Notes: a model not told the origin generated them from the sequence alone. Positions 10,837-23,199 are shown, numbered from the stretch's first letter. The stretch: DNA of 35,382 bases from Chiloscyllium plagiosum (GCF_004010195.1 NC_057719.1:13815105-13850486); one strand, 5' to 3'. A program made the numbers and translations.

Positions 10837-11995
10837 ATGATTTGGAGATGCCGGTGTTGGACTGGGGTGTACAAAGTTAAAAATCACACAACACCAGGTT
10901 ATAGTCCAACAGGTTTAATTGGAAGCACACTAGTTTTCGGAGCGTCACTCCTTTATCAGGTGATAGTGGAGGGCTCAATCCTAACACACAGAATTTATAG
11001 CAAAACTTTGCAGTGTGATGTAACTGAAATTATACATTGAAAAATTGATTGTCTGTTAAGTCTTTCATCTGTTTGAATACCATGATAGTTTCACTTCTTT
11101 CATGCGTAAATCACAAAACCTTTTTTTAAAAAGTTGCATTCTCAGGTTACTGTTAACAATGGTGATAGCTAGACAATATGTTGAAGGTGTTAGCTCCCTG
11201 TGTTCTCTGTCTATGGAATGATGTTTAGATTAATTCTAATCTAAAAAGTGAGATAATGGAGTTTTACATGAATTCATGCAGTTTTTGAGCAGATATAATC
11301 TGCAGTAACCCTTAAACTCTCTTCAACTCCCACATCTGACAAGAAGTACATATCGCTCTATTAAAGGCCATTTTTGCTCCTTCATAATCTACAGACCCAG
11401 AAAATAACACCGTCTTATTCCTCTACAAACACTGCCCCCGATTAATTTTCTAGTTATGGCTTATATTTGAAGTTTAATCAAGAGACATATCTCCAAAAAC
11501 ATATAATCAAGAAAGAACCCACTCCACTCACTACTGCAGATTCTCTGTAGGCTACACTTAAAACAACAATTCACTTATCTGATTCTGTGCTGTGAACTTT
11601 GCCTAACAGTTCCTCCAAGATCAGTTGTGAATGTCACTGTTTGTTAATTTTCCCAGATGCACTCCTTCCCAGATGCAATCCTTCCCAGATGCACTCTGAT
11701 GTCCAGTGAAACATGAATTCAAACAGCAAGGGTAGTAACTGTGCAGGTTCCCTCTCTCTCTCTCTCTCCTGCACTGTCCTCACCATGTGCTTCCTTTGTC
11801 TGTTCTTCTCCCTTTTAAAACTGCTGTTGTTTTGACTTTTCTCCCCCAAAGTTCCAAAACAATGCAACAGCATATAAGACAGTAATTGCTGCTCCTGTAA
11901 TTTGAGGAAATCACCTCCAGCACCTAAAATACCTCAAAAAAGGAGCAGCTGTTCCAGCCAGAAATTTTTCCCATCCTCCATCTTGGATTACCCAG
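10837..11995 (-). mobile_element. PLE family B terminus and adjoining repeat sequence
   Basis: 10837-10945 matches the arms of 17808-18005; mutated HHR core at 10928-10962 (minus); right boundary uncertain. Confidence 0.5.
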
Positions 11996-12049
11996 TTTCT
12001 GCCCATAATGTTGAATGCCTACTGAATATTTAAACATCTACCCACATCA

Positions 12050-12240
12050 TATCATAGAGTCCGAGAGTCATAGAGATATACACATGGAAACAGACTCTTC
12101 GGTCCAACTTGTCCATGTCGACCAGATATCCTAACCTAGTCTAGTCCCATTTCTCAGCACTTGCTTCATGTCCCTCTATACCCTTCCTCTGCATATACTC
12201 ATCCAAATGCCTTTTAAATATTATTGTACCAGCCTCCACT
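12050..12240 (-). mobile_element. CR1 LINE 3' end
   Basis: (AGAGTCAT)n tail; reverse complement resembles 2600-2785. Confidence 0.85.
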
Positions 12241-12289
12241 ACAGTATTCCTCGGAAAGCACTGAGTCTGTTTCTGTGACCGGTCATCAC

Positions 12290-12722
12290 TCCTTCAACAG
12301 CACCTTCTAAACCTTGTGCCCTGCAAGCTCCCCTTCAAGCCACATACCATTCTGCCTGAGAAATATATCACCATTCCTTCACCATTATTGGGTGAAGATT
12401 CTGCAGCTCCCTCCCAGTCTTTCCTCCTGGTGACTCTATACCAACAGCAATGGTTCAAAGAGCAGGCCAACCCACTACAGAGGAGCCTCAATTATCCGAA
12501 TGACATGGTTAGGGAGTATTTTGTTCAGAGAATCAGATGTTCAGATAATCAAATGCCGGATAACACAGTTTAGCCAAGCATCGGGACCTTGCGATCTTGT
12601 TGGGATAATCCAAAATTCGGATAATCGGCATTCGGGTAATCAAGGTTCTTCTGTATTTCTCAAGAGCAATTACAGATGCGAAATAAACCCCATCTTCACC
12701 AGTGGGTGGTCACATCCCCACA
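12290..12722 (+). mobile_element. 3' end of a second CR1-superfamily LINE, interrupted by a MITE
   Basis: Similar to the reverse complement of 27510-27630 and 27965-28150. Confidence 0.6.
12478..12653. mobile_element. Tigger/pogo-type MITE (Tc1/mariner superfamily)
   Basis: TA|CAGAGGAGCCTCAATTATCCGAAT ... ATTCGGGTAATCAAGGTTCTTCTG|TA: roughly 24-bp TIRs and a TA duplication. Confidence 0.85.
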
Positions 12723-13489
12723 ACCAAACGACAGACAAACCAGTATGTGCTCTCACAGTAAAACAGTTCATTTCTGCGAACAATTCCAACTTCAAATGCA
12801 TCCATTCTAAACGTTTTTGTTTAATCTGTCAGCAACCACCTCACTAAAGTTCAGATTTACTGTTTGGTTATCTAAGGCGGCTGAGCACAGAGTGAACCAC
12901 TAAATTTGAAACTGGATTTTATAGCACCGTCTCCCGTACATTTGACGTCTGATCTATCGTTTATGTCGATGATTTCTGCTCTGTTTAAGAGGCCAGTGAT
13001 ATTTTCTCTGGTGCAAACATTGTCTTCAGTGTCACAGCTGTAACATAGGCACTTTTCTTGTGTCCAGGAATTGAACGAAAGAGTTTCCTTGCTGATTGCT
13101 TAAGGGTGTGATAATTGTTCGCTCAAAGCATTAGTTAACGTCTGAACTTGCACACATTATATCAATGAGTGAATCCTGCCTGTCACATTAATTCAGCATG
13201 TCTCTTGAGAGTGAACTAAGAGCAATTATCTAAGATTATGCCATTAGGAGTTAACTCTAGGTGGAAGACAGATGACAGCAATTTACTGTGGTTTCCCACC
13301 TCAGATTTCAATAAAGACAATATCCCGACGAGTTCAAAAGGCCCCACTGTATCAGTGACAATTTTATCCCCTGCATATTGCAGAAAAGGAACAGATTACA
13401 ATTGGGTTGTATGAATAATTGCAATCTTATTATTCCAGCTTCTATGAAAATTCATGTCACATCAGTAAGTAAGTTGAGAATGGGATATC

Positions 13490-14040
13490 CAGAAATTATA
13501 GGCCATTATATAGGAAATTATAGTTAATTTAATAACTGTGTCAAGAAATTACGAGTGTTATGATTAAGGACAGGGTGCTGTTGGGGTGGTGCTCTGTAGT
13601 GTCATGGTTGCTGTATGTGAGAGAATGTTTTGAAAATTTTCAGCTGACTGGAATGGGCCAGGAAGGATTTGCAAAAGATAGGTTATGCCTATTGAATCAA
13701 ATTTGTTTCAGTTTTGAAAGATGTGACTAAAATGGCAGAAATTGGAATGGCTGTTGATATTAAACACAGGATCGTCCAGAAGACATTTTATAATCTCTAT
13801 CTCAAGAGACTGTTAACTAGATCATTGACCTGAGACCAAATTATTAGTTAGTTGGTTAAAAGATTGGCTGATTGAATGGGGAATGTAATGAACAGGTTGT
13901 GATGAATGGCAACTTATAACAATCAATGTTGAACCCTCGATCATTCACAGGAGTTATTAACAATTCAGATAATGAGCCACATATCTAATTTTGCCAATGA
14001 TCCAAAAAGCAAGATTTTTGCAACAACAGAGAGACTCCAA
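13490..14040 (+). mobile_element. Very old CR1 RT relic
   Basis: Degenerate 'aggttatgcctattgaat', 'tggttaaaagattggctg' and 'atatctaattttgccaatgatccaaaa' (about ISKFADDTK). Confidence 0.5.
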
Positions 14041-14687
14041 ATGAGCTCAGAAACCTGAGCTCAGTGCAAGATACTTTGTGTTGTTTTAGCTTTGTTCATG
14101 GGATGTTGGGATTGCTGTCTAGGCCAGGTCTTGCAGCAGTGGGAATGGGGGTGAGTTAGAACTCCCACATATCTGTTTTATTGAGGCTGCTGCTGATGGT
14201 TTGAGGTATCAGCGGCTTCAGCTCAACTTGGATTTGGCCTTCCTGCAGTTGCTATCCATATCACTGTGACCTCTCCCCTCCCACTCAACGGGAGACTGTG
14301 CATCAATGTCTCTGACTCTGGCACCTTCTCCTGCACTCTTGTGCAACGCCTTTCACTCGATGTCATCAACTCTCCATGTGTGCTATCTCCATTCGCTGTG
14401 CTGGCATCCGACGGGGCAAAGCTTGAGCTGACAAAATATGTGATGAAGATAGGTTATTAACATTAGCTGGAAACCTTGGACAGCACTATTTATAGCTCTA
14501 CATTTAATTTTTTATTGTGTGTTCAGAGAAGGAGGACATTGTTTTACTCTCATTGTGGATTAGCTCTGGGAGTGATATCAGGTTGTCTGAAGTTTGATTA
14601 CATTTAAATGACTCTGTGAAACAAATGCCCTTGAAGCGAATAGCAGGTACCCCAGGGCCCACAGTCGAAGGATCCAGGCTCAACCAT

Positions 14688-15075
14688 TTAGAACATAGAA
14701 TATAGGACAGCACAGCACAGGAAGGGACCCTTCAGCCCACAATGTTGTGCTGAACATGATGCCAAATTAAACTCAATCCTTTCTGCCTGCCCTTGGTCCA
14801 AATCCCTCCATTCCTTGTATATTCATGTGCTGATCTAAAAGTCCCTAAAACGCCCGATTGTATCTGCCCCCACCACTACCACCACCACAACTGGCAGCAT
14901 ATTCCAGGCTTCTACCATTCTCTGTGTTGAAAACTTGCCCCTCACATCTCCTCTGAACTTTCTCCCTCTTACCTTAAATGCATGCCCCCTAGTATTAGAC
15001 ATTTCAACTCTGGGAAAATGATTCTGACCGTCAGCCTTATTGATCCATCACATAATTATATAGTCTTTCGTCAAG
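14688..15075 (-). mobile_element. CR1 LINE 3' end
   Basis: AGAACAT tail; 'aaaaacttgcccctcacatctcctctgaac...atgccccctagt' is the reverse complement of the TRGH/FFTQR region. Confidence 0.85.
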
Positions 15076-15081
15076 CCTAAT

Positions 15082-15430
15082 GGGGGTAGCACAGTGGCTC
15101 AGTGGTTAGCACTGCTGCCTCATGGCACCAGGGACCTGTGTTCGATTCCAGCCTCGGGTGACTGTCTGTGTGGATTGTGCACATTCTCCCTGTGTCTGTG
15201 TGGGTTTCCTCTGCGTGCTTCAGTTTCTTCCCAAAGATGTGCAGGTCAAATGAATTGGCCATGCTAAATTGTCCACAGTGTTCAGGGATGTGTAGGTTAG
15301 GTGAATTAGTCAGGGGTAAGTGTACAGTAATAGGCTGGGGGAATGGATCTGGGTGAGTTACTCTTCAGAGGGTTGGTGTGGACTTGTTGGGCTGAAGGAC
15401 CTGTTTCCATACTGTAGGGATTCTGTGATG
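15082..15430 (+). mobile_element. HE1-like SINE inserted in CR1
   Basis: A and B boxes, V-type core, CR1 tail; aagcct on both flanks. Confidence 0.9.
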
Positions 15431-15479
15431 AAGCCTTCACTGCTCAAGAGAAAACAACCCAAGTTTTTCTGATATGTCG

Positions 15480-15745
15480 TAGATTAGATTAGATTACTTA
15501 CAGTGTGGAAACAGGCCCTTCGGCCCAACAAGTCCACACCGATTTACCCCTTACCTAACACTATGGGCAATTTAGCATGGCCAATTCATCTGACCTGCAC
15601 ATCTTTGTGTTGTGGGAGGAAAGCGGAGCACCCGGAGGAAACCCACGCAGACATAGGGAGAACGTGCAAACTCCACACAGTCAGTCGCCTGAGGCGGGAA
15701 TTGAACCCGGGTCTCTGGCGCTGTGAGGCAGCAGTGCTAACCACT
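15480..15745 (-). mobile_element. HE1-like SINE
   Basis: (TAGAT)n tail; reverse-complement B box GGAATTGAACC. Confidence 0.9.
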
Positions 15746-15764
15746 TTTTTTTCCCTCTTTTTTT

Positions 15765-15957
15765 GGTCCCCATGACCTGTCCTACCTGCCTATCTTCCTT
15801 TCCACCTATCCACTCCACCCTCCTCTCTGACCTATCACCTTCATCCCCACCCCTATTCACCTATTGTACTCTATGCTACTTTCTCCCCACCCTCACCCTG
15901 CTCTCATTTATCTCTCTACCCTGCAGGCACTCTGCCTCTATTCCTGATGAAGGGCTA
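15765..15957 (+). mobile_element. PLE 3' fragment
   Basis: C-rich pLTR 'catgacctgtcctacctg...' ending in ttcCTGATGAagggct (half of an HHR). Confidence 0.75.
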
Positions 15958-15974
15958 ATCCAGGTAGCATTCCG

Positions 15975-16435
15975 GTAAACTTAAGACTGAGACAAGGATG
16001 ATCAATGGAATTAGAGGGAACACAGTCACCAGCAATGAAGAGAGGCTGAATATCCTCGGGATGTTTTCTTTAGAGTAGAGAAGGCTGAGTGGTAACCTGA
16101 CTAAGATGTATATGATTCTGTGGGACATAGACAGGGTGGATGGAAAGCAGCTTTCCCCTACATTGAATGACCAATAACAAGAAGGCATAAGTTTAAGGTG
16201 AAAGGCAGGACAGTATTTCAGGAAAATGTTTTTCACCAAGGGGGTAGTGGAAATCTGGAATACACTGACCGAGGGTGTAGTTGAAACAGGAAACACCACA
16301 ATCTATAAAAAGTACTTTAATGAGCACTTGAAATGTCAAACTATTCAAGGCTATGGACAAGCACTGGAAAGTTGAATACGTGAAGATTTAGAGTAGCTTT
16401 TTGACTGTGCAGATTCAGTGGGCCAAATGATTCCA
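15975..16435 (+). mobile_element. Old CR1 3' fragment
   Basis: 'agagaaggctgagtggtaacctg...gaaggcataagtttaaggtg...tttttcaccaagggggtagtg...tggaatacactgacc'. Confidence 0.8.
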
Positions 16436-16441
16436 TGGCAA

Positions 16442-16890
16442 CAGTGAGGACTGCAGATGCTGGAGATTAGAGTCAAGAGAGTGGTGCTGGAAAAGCACAG
16501 CAAGTCAGGCAGCATCCAATGAGCAGGAGAATCGACATTTCAGACATAAGCCCTTCGTTAGGAATGAGGCTGTGAGCCGAAGGGCTGAGAGATAAATGGG
16601 GCGGTGGGGTGGTGGGGGGAAGGTAGCCTAGAATGCGATAGGTAGATGGAGGTGGGGCTAATAGTGATAGGTGGAAGAGGAGGGTGGAACGGATAGGTGG
16701 GAAGGAAGATGGACAAGTAGGACAGGTCATGAGGGTGGTGCCTAGTTGGAAGGTTGAAACTGGGATAAGATGGGGGAGGGGAAATGAGGAAACTGGTGAA
16801 ATCTACATTGATGCTGTGGAGTTGGAGAGTCCCGAGGTGGAAGACAAGGCATTCTTCCTCCAGATGTCGGGTGGCAAGGGAGTGGTGATA
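16442..16890 (-). mobile_element. PLE 3' fragment with pLTR
   Basis: Reverse complement of the 1-250 terminus plus the EEERLIFRLG-like segment. Confidence 0.85.
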
Positions 16891-17544
16891 TTCTATGAGA
16901 CATCATTACATAGTATCTTTTCTAGCTATTGCTGGCCAACAATAATGCCAACTCCTTGGTTGTGTCTTGAGAATTCATTCCATGCTAAAGTACAGGACAC
17001 TTTAATTCTGCAGCAAAAATGATTATCCTTCATGGGGAAAGCCAATGATGGGCCATCTATTCCAGGGTAAATTAACAGTTGGACAACATTTACAGAGTTC
17101 ACGCTCACCGATGCAATCAATGATGTCTTCTCAAGACAAATGGCCATTACCAACCTGGTTGGGTGACCAACCCCTCAAAGGTGCTTTTCTGAAGCCTCAC
17201 AATATATTAAGCCCACCTCCAAACTTCCGGGGGTCTTGTCCCACCTGAAAGCTTCCATTTGTTTGCACCCATCCTCTACCTTGTCCTGAAAATGTGATGT
17301 TCAGTTCGATATTTTTAACAGCTGGGTTCATGGAATGAAGAATTATCCCCATTATACACCTGACTAATGGACAAAAATCCAGGCCAATGATAGGCTATAT
17401 TATAGTCAATTTATAAGCCAAGTGGATGGAAACATAAAATGACAAAGAGGCATTGATAGGTGAAGTAAAATGGCAAAATTCTGACAAATGGTTTTAATTA
17501 TATGTGTTAATCCACTCTCTGAATTGAAATAGTACAAAGAAACA

Positions 17545-17632
17545 AAAATAGTCAAACTCAGCAGATCTGGCAGCATCTGTGGAGCGAAAGCAGAATTAAC
17601 GTTTTGGGACCAGTCACCCTTCTTAGAACAGT
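17545..17632 (-). mobile_element. PLE family C terminus fragment
   Basis: Reverse complement resembles 1030-1110; degenerate HHR. Confidence 0.55.
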
Positions 17633-17764
17633 TCAGTCATAATCTCTAAAGGGTAAATCGCCTCTTCCTGTTCTTGTCTTTTTATTGTTAGTCTACAAAT
17701 AACACATTCATTCATGCAACTTTCTTTATCAGTATCCATCCTTGATCAACAACACAATAATCTT

Positions 17765-18612
17765 TAATTTCATATATCCAAATTTGATGATGATGCAAAG
17801 TTAAACATGATGTGGAGGAGCCAGTGTTGGGCTGGGATGTACAAAGTTGAAACTCACACAACGCCAGGTTATAGTCCAACAGATTTATTTGGAAACACTA
17901 GCTTTTGGAGTGCTCCACACTCACCTGATGAAGGAGCAGTGCTTCAAAAGCTAGTGTTTCCAAATAAACCTGTTGGACTATAACCTGGTGTTGTGTGATT
18001 TTTATCAAAGTTAGACAGCATTGTAGGCAGTGTAGGTAATAGCATAAAATTACAAAGGAATATTGATAGACTGAGTGAATGGGCCAAACTGTGGCAGATG
18101 TACTTCCGTGTAAAAGCAAATGTGAGGTTATTCATTTTAGACCAAAAAAGGTTAGATCAGGGTACTTTCATGATAGTATGAAGTTAAATCCAGTGGATGT
18201 CCAAACAGATTTGGGCATTCAAATACATACATCCTTTAAATATAGGAAACAGATGCAGAAAATAATCAATAAAGTTAATGGAATGCTGGCTTTTATATCG
18301 AGAGAACTGGATTAGAAAGATGCAGAAGTTATGTTGCAGTTTTTCAAAACCCTGGTTAGATCTCTCTTGGGTAATGCGAGTAGATATGGGGACCACACCT
18401 TAGCAAGGAATACATTGACCTTGGAGGGAGTACAACATAGGTTTACAAGTTTACAAGTTACAAGACTTCAGAGGTTGAGTTATGTGAACAGATTATACAA
18501 ATTAGGCCAGTTTTCTGTAGAATTTGGAAGGTTAAGGGGTGATCTGATCAAAGTCTTCGAGAGATTAACAGGAAAAGACAGGGTAGATAAAGATAAACTA
18601 TTTCCACTAGTT
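17765..18612 (+). mobile_element. CR1 RT fragment interrupted by a mini-PLE
   Basis: ISKFDDDAKL|insert|...IDRLSEWAKLWQM...KCEVIHF...RLRGDLIKVF. Confidence 0.88.
17808..18005. mobile_element. Fold-back mini-PLE (family B) with 12-bp TSD
   Basis: caaagttaaaca (17796-17807) and caaagttagaca (18006-18017); arms 'tcacacaacgccaggttatagtccaacag' and its reverse complement; HHR-like core at 17922-17956. Confidence 0.85.
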
Positions 18613-18614
18613 CA

Positions 18615-19077
18615 GCAAAAGTGAGGACGGCAGATGATGGAAATCAGAGTCTAGATGAGACTGGTGCTGGTGGGGTTGATTGGTGCGGGTGTCCTGGAGA
18701 TGTTCTCTAAAGTGCTCTGTGAGAAGGCACCTCGTGACCCAACATATCAACTCCCCCTCGCACTCTGGTGAGGACATGCAAGTCCTGGGCCTCCTCCATC
18801 ACCGCTCCCTTACCACCCGACACCTGGAGGAAGAACGCCTCATCTTCCGCCTCGGAACACTTCAACTCCAGGGCATCAATGTGGACTTCACAAGCTTCCG
18901 CATTTCCTCTCCCCCACCTTACCCCAGTTCCAACCTGCCAGCTCAGCACCATCCTCATGACCTGTCCTACCTGTCAATCTCCCTTCCCACCTATCCTCTC
19001 CACCCTCCTCTCCGACCTATCACCTTCACCCCCACCTCCATCCACCTCTCGCACTCTCAGCTACCTTCTCCCCTGCC
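18615..19077 (+). mobile_element. PLE fragment with inverted 5' piece
   Basis: Plus frame HINSPSHSGEDMQVLGLLH...LEEERLIFRLGTLQ; 18615-18722 is inverted PLE sequence. Confidence 0.85.
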
Positions 19078-19455
19078 NNNNNNNNNNNNNNNNNNNNNNN
19101 NNNNNNNNNNNNNNNNNNNNNNNNNNNNNNNNNNNNNNNNNNNNNNNNNNNNNNNNNNNNNNNNNNNNNNNNNNNNNNNNNNNNNNNNNNNNNNNNNNNN
19201 NNNNNNNNNNNNNNNNNNNNNNNNNNNNNNNNNNNNNNNNNNNNNNNNNNNNNNNNNNNNNNNNNNNNNNNNNNNNNNNNNNNNNNNNNNNNNNNNNNNN
19301 NNNNNNNNNNNNNNNNNNNNNNNNNNNNNNNNNNNNNNNNNNNNNNNNNNNNNNNNNNNNNNNNNNNNNNNNNNNNNNNNNNNNNNNNNNNNNNNNNNNN
19401 NNNNNNNNNNNNNNNNNNNNNNNNNNNNNNNNNNNNNNNNNNNNNNNNNNNNNNN
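19078..19455. other. Assembly gap
   Basis: Run of N. Confidence 1.
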
Positions 19456-20372
19456 TAGGGAGGAGGGACTTGGGGGAGGGGCGTTGGGAATGCGATAGGT
19501 GTAAGGAATTTAAGGTGAGGGTGATAGGCCAGAGAGGGGGTGGAGGCGTAGAGGTCGGGAAGAGGATTTCAGATCAAGAAGGCAGTGCTGAGTCCGAGGG
19601 TTGGGACTGAGATAAGGTGGGGGGAGGGGAAATGAGGAAACTGGAGAAATCTGCATTCATCCCTTGTGGTTGGAGGGTTGCTAAGCGGAAGATGAGGCGT
19701 TCTTCCTCCAGGCGTCGTGTTGCCATGGTCTGGCGATAGAGGAAGCCAAGGACCTGCATGTCCTTGGCGGAGTGGGAGGGAGAGTTAAAGTGTTCAGCCA
19801 CGGGACGGTTGCATTGGTTGGTGCGGGTGTCTCAAAGGTGTTCCCCGAAACGTTCCGCAAGTAGGCGGCCTGTCTCCCCAATGTAGAGGAGGCCACATCG
19901 GGTGCAGCGGATGCAGTAAATGATGTGTGTGGAGGTGCAGGTGAATTTGTGGTGGATATGGAAGGATCCATTGTGGGGCCTTGGAGGGAAGTGAGGGGGG
20001 AGGTATGGGCACACGTTTTGCATTTCTTGCGGTTGCAGGGGAAGGTGCTGGGAGTGGATGTTGGGTTGGTGGGTGTGAACCTGACGAGGGAGTCACGGAG
20101 GGAGTGGTCTTTCCGGAACGCTGATAAGGAAGGGGAGAGAAATATATCCTTAGTGGTGGGGTCTATTTGGAGGTGGCGGAAATGACAAAGGATGATACGA
20201 TGTATCTGGAGGTTGGTGGGGTGGTAGGTGAGGATCAGTGGGGTTTTGTCCTGGTGGTGATTGGAGGGGCGGGGTTCAAGGGCAGAGGAGCGGGAAGTGG
20301 AGGAGATGCGGTGGAGAACATCGTTAACCACGTCTGAGGGGAAGTTGCGGTCTTTGAAGAAGGAGGCCATCT
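19456..20372 (-). mobile_element. PLE (Neptune-like) linker and GIY-YIG endonuclease, left arm
   Basis: CNRKKCKTC zinc motif; FTCTSTHIIYCIRCTRCGLLYIGETGRLLAERFGEH (GIY-YIG); frameshifted. Confidence 0.92.
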
Positions 20373-21290
20373 AGATTACACCTCCTCCCACCCTGCCCCC
20401 CGTAAGAACGCCATCCGATATTCCCAATTCCTTCGCCTCCACTGCATCTACTCCCAGGAGGACCAATACTGAACAACCCAGATGGCCTCCTTCTTCAAAT
20501 ACAGCAATTTCCCCTCAGACATGGTAGACGATGCTCTCCACCGCATCTCCTCCACTTCCCGCTCCTCCGCCCTTGAACCCTGCCCCTCCAATCGCCACCA
20601 GGACAGAACCCCACTGGTCCTCACCTACCACCCCACCAACCTCCATATAGATCATATCATCCGTCGTCATTTCCGCCACCTCCAAACGGACCCCACCACC
20701 AGGGATATATTTCCCTCCCCTCCCCTATCAGCATTCCGGAAAGACCACTCCCTCCGTGACTCCCTCGTAAGGTCCACACCCCCCACCAACCCAACCTCCA
20801 CTCCCGGCACCTTCCCCTGCAACCGCAAGAAATGCAAAGCTTGCACCCACACCTCCTCCCTCACTTCCCTCCAAGGCCCCTAGGGATCCTTCCATATCGA
20901 TCACAAATTCACCTGCACCTCCACACACATCATTTACTGCATCCGCTGCACCCGATGTGGCCTCCTCTATATTGGGGAGACAGGCCGCCTACTTACGGAA
21001 CATTTCAGAGAACACCTCTGAGACACCCGGACCAACCAACCCAACCNNNNNNNNNNNNACCTCTCCGCCCCCACCCCCTCTCCGGCCTATCACCCTCACC
21101 TTAACCTCCTTCCATCTATCGCATTCCCAGAGCCCATCCCCCAAGTCCCTCCTCCCTACCTTTTATCTTAGCCTGCTTGGCACACCCTCCTCATTCCTGA
21201 AGAAGGGCTCATGCCCGAAATGTCGATTCTCCTGCTCATTGGATGCTGCCTGACCTACTGTGCTTTTCCAGCAACACATTTTTCAGCACT
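20373..21290 (+). mobile_element. PLE RT C-terminus, GIY-YIG and pLTR, right arm
   Basis: DYTSSHPA..NAI.YSQFLRL, CNRKKCKAC, IIYCIRCTRCGLLYIGETGR; stop at 20881; HHR motif 21193-21228; small gap 21047-21058. Confidence 0.92.
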
Positions 21291-22254
21291 GAACCAATAC
21301 ATATACTATCACCAACTGTAGTGACCCTGGACAGAAGGCACAATAATTGTGCAGAACAATAGTTCTGAAGGAAGAGTCTGCGACTCGCTGGGTATGCCTT
21401 TAGAATCTGTGAATGGCGTGTTCTGAGTGCATGGCAAGAAGAAATACCCACTCCAAATTCCGCTTGTGATGTGCAATTTAAAGTCGTCATTCGTTATAGT
21501 AACAATCTCAAAGTCATTGATGAAGCGGTCAATCTGAATCAATAGCAAAATGCCTTGGTACGGTTTTGAAGATTGGATATTATTGTTAGATTCTAAAAGT
21601 CAGCACACATCATGATGCAACATGCATTAAAACCCCAGTGGGCGTCTAATTGAGTCTCTGAATACTATTTCATCCCACCTGATGGCATTTGAGTGAACAC
21701 TCCCTTCCATTCTCGATCTCTATCATATTCAAATGATTAGGAATTTGGATCAAGCTAGTGACTTGTCCTGATTTTAAAAAAACATGTTTGAAAACAACCC
21801 TAACCAGACTCTGCAGCTTGTAACAGCAGTAAATGTCACGTACCATTTGGTACAGAAGAAAGAGCCCGAAGGGTTGTCAAGGTTCAACAATCAGTTCATA
21901 AGTCAGTCTTTTCAACCACATAATTATGCACATTACTTTGCTACAGTCTGCATACATGCAAGACTTTTTTTCCTACATGACTGAGTGTTTTCTTTATGCC
22001 CGATTTAGGCCAAAAGCAATCAATGTGAGTGAACTCAGTACAAACTTTCAAATATGAAACACCCGCAGACACAATGATTTGAAGCAATCGATCAAGGACA
22101 GTTAAAATAGGATCTCATTTTCTTAACCTAATGAACAATGCACTGGAAAAAATGTTTGACATGAACTAACTATTAACTTCTGTATGGATCAGATTGAAAT
22201 ATTGAAATTAAAAATGCAAGAGGCATGCGAGTGAACAATAGGCATAGGAGATAA

Positions 22255-23010
22255 AGTGCTGCCTTCCATTATTAAGGAGATTGTAGCTAGATAGTTTACA
22301 AAAAAAATCACAACTTAACTAGGCCAAGCCCACACATCTTTGTCAAAGGGAAATTATGTTAAAGTAACTCATTAAGGTGTTTTGAAGAAGTAACATCTAT
22401 GGTTGATAAAGGGGTATTGATACATGTTGATTAGATTAGATTAGATTAGATTAGATTAGATTACAGTGTGGAAACAGGCCCTTCGGCCCAACAAGTCCAC
22501 ACCGACCCGCCGAAGCGAAACCCACCCATACCCCTACATTTACCCCTTACCTAGCATTACGGGCAATTTAGTATGGCCAATTCACCTGACCCTGCACATC
22601 TTTGTGATGTGGGAGGAAACCGGAGCACCCGGAGGAAACCCACGCACACACGGGAGAACGTGCAAACTCCACGCAGTCAGTCGCCTGAGGCGGGAACTGA
22701 ACCCGGGTCTCTGGCGCTGTGAGGCAGCAGTGCTAACCACTGTGCCACCGTGCCGCCCACTTACCACCGTGCCGCCCACTAAGTATGTGCCATACTTGAG
22801 TTTCCAAAATGTATTTGAGAAGGTTCCAATTCAAATGGTGTTGCAAAAGATAAGAGCGCATGATGTAGGGGGTAATATATTAGCACAGATAAAGGATCAG
22901 TTAGCAAACACGAAACAGCCAGTAGGTTAAATGGGTCTTTCTCTGGCTGGCAAGCTATCACTAGCAGAAAGCCACAGGAATCACTGCCAGATCCTCAACT
23001 GTTTAAAATA
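22255..23010 (+). mobile_element. Old CR1 RT fragment interrupted by a SINE
   Basis: FVKGKLC..FFEEVT..VDKG|SINE|YLSFQNVFEKVP...KIRAHDVGGNILAQIKDQL. Confidence 0.75.
22428..22780 (-). mobile_element. Young HE1-like SINE
   Basis: Long (TTAGA)n tail at 22428-22463, CpG-rich head, duplicated 5' end 'ccaccgtgccgcccact'. Confidence 0.92.
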
Positions 23011-23199
23011 CATCATCACCAGCTATTGAGCATGAATATCTAATTAGGAAATTCTGTCACTGGCCACCGATCTGGGGGTCCTTGAGTGACTCTCAAAACA
23101 ATAATTAAGACATAAGGTAACAAATAAAAACAGGACTGGGATAAACAATTGGAGTTATTGTTATTTGGTTCCAGGTATTCCCCAAATGAATCTACTGGG

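Noticed and set aside
18680..19610. Long ORFs of 272 and 280 aa
   Set aside because: Their length comes from the N gap, and the flanks are PLE fragments.
19681..21104. Functional or domesticated GIY-YIG nuclease gene
   Set aside because: Both arms have frameshifts or stops and are 5'-truncated.
22428..22463. (TTAGA)n as a telomere-like repeat
   Set aside because: It is the reverse complement of the SINE tail and is attached to SINE 3' ends at several sites.
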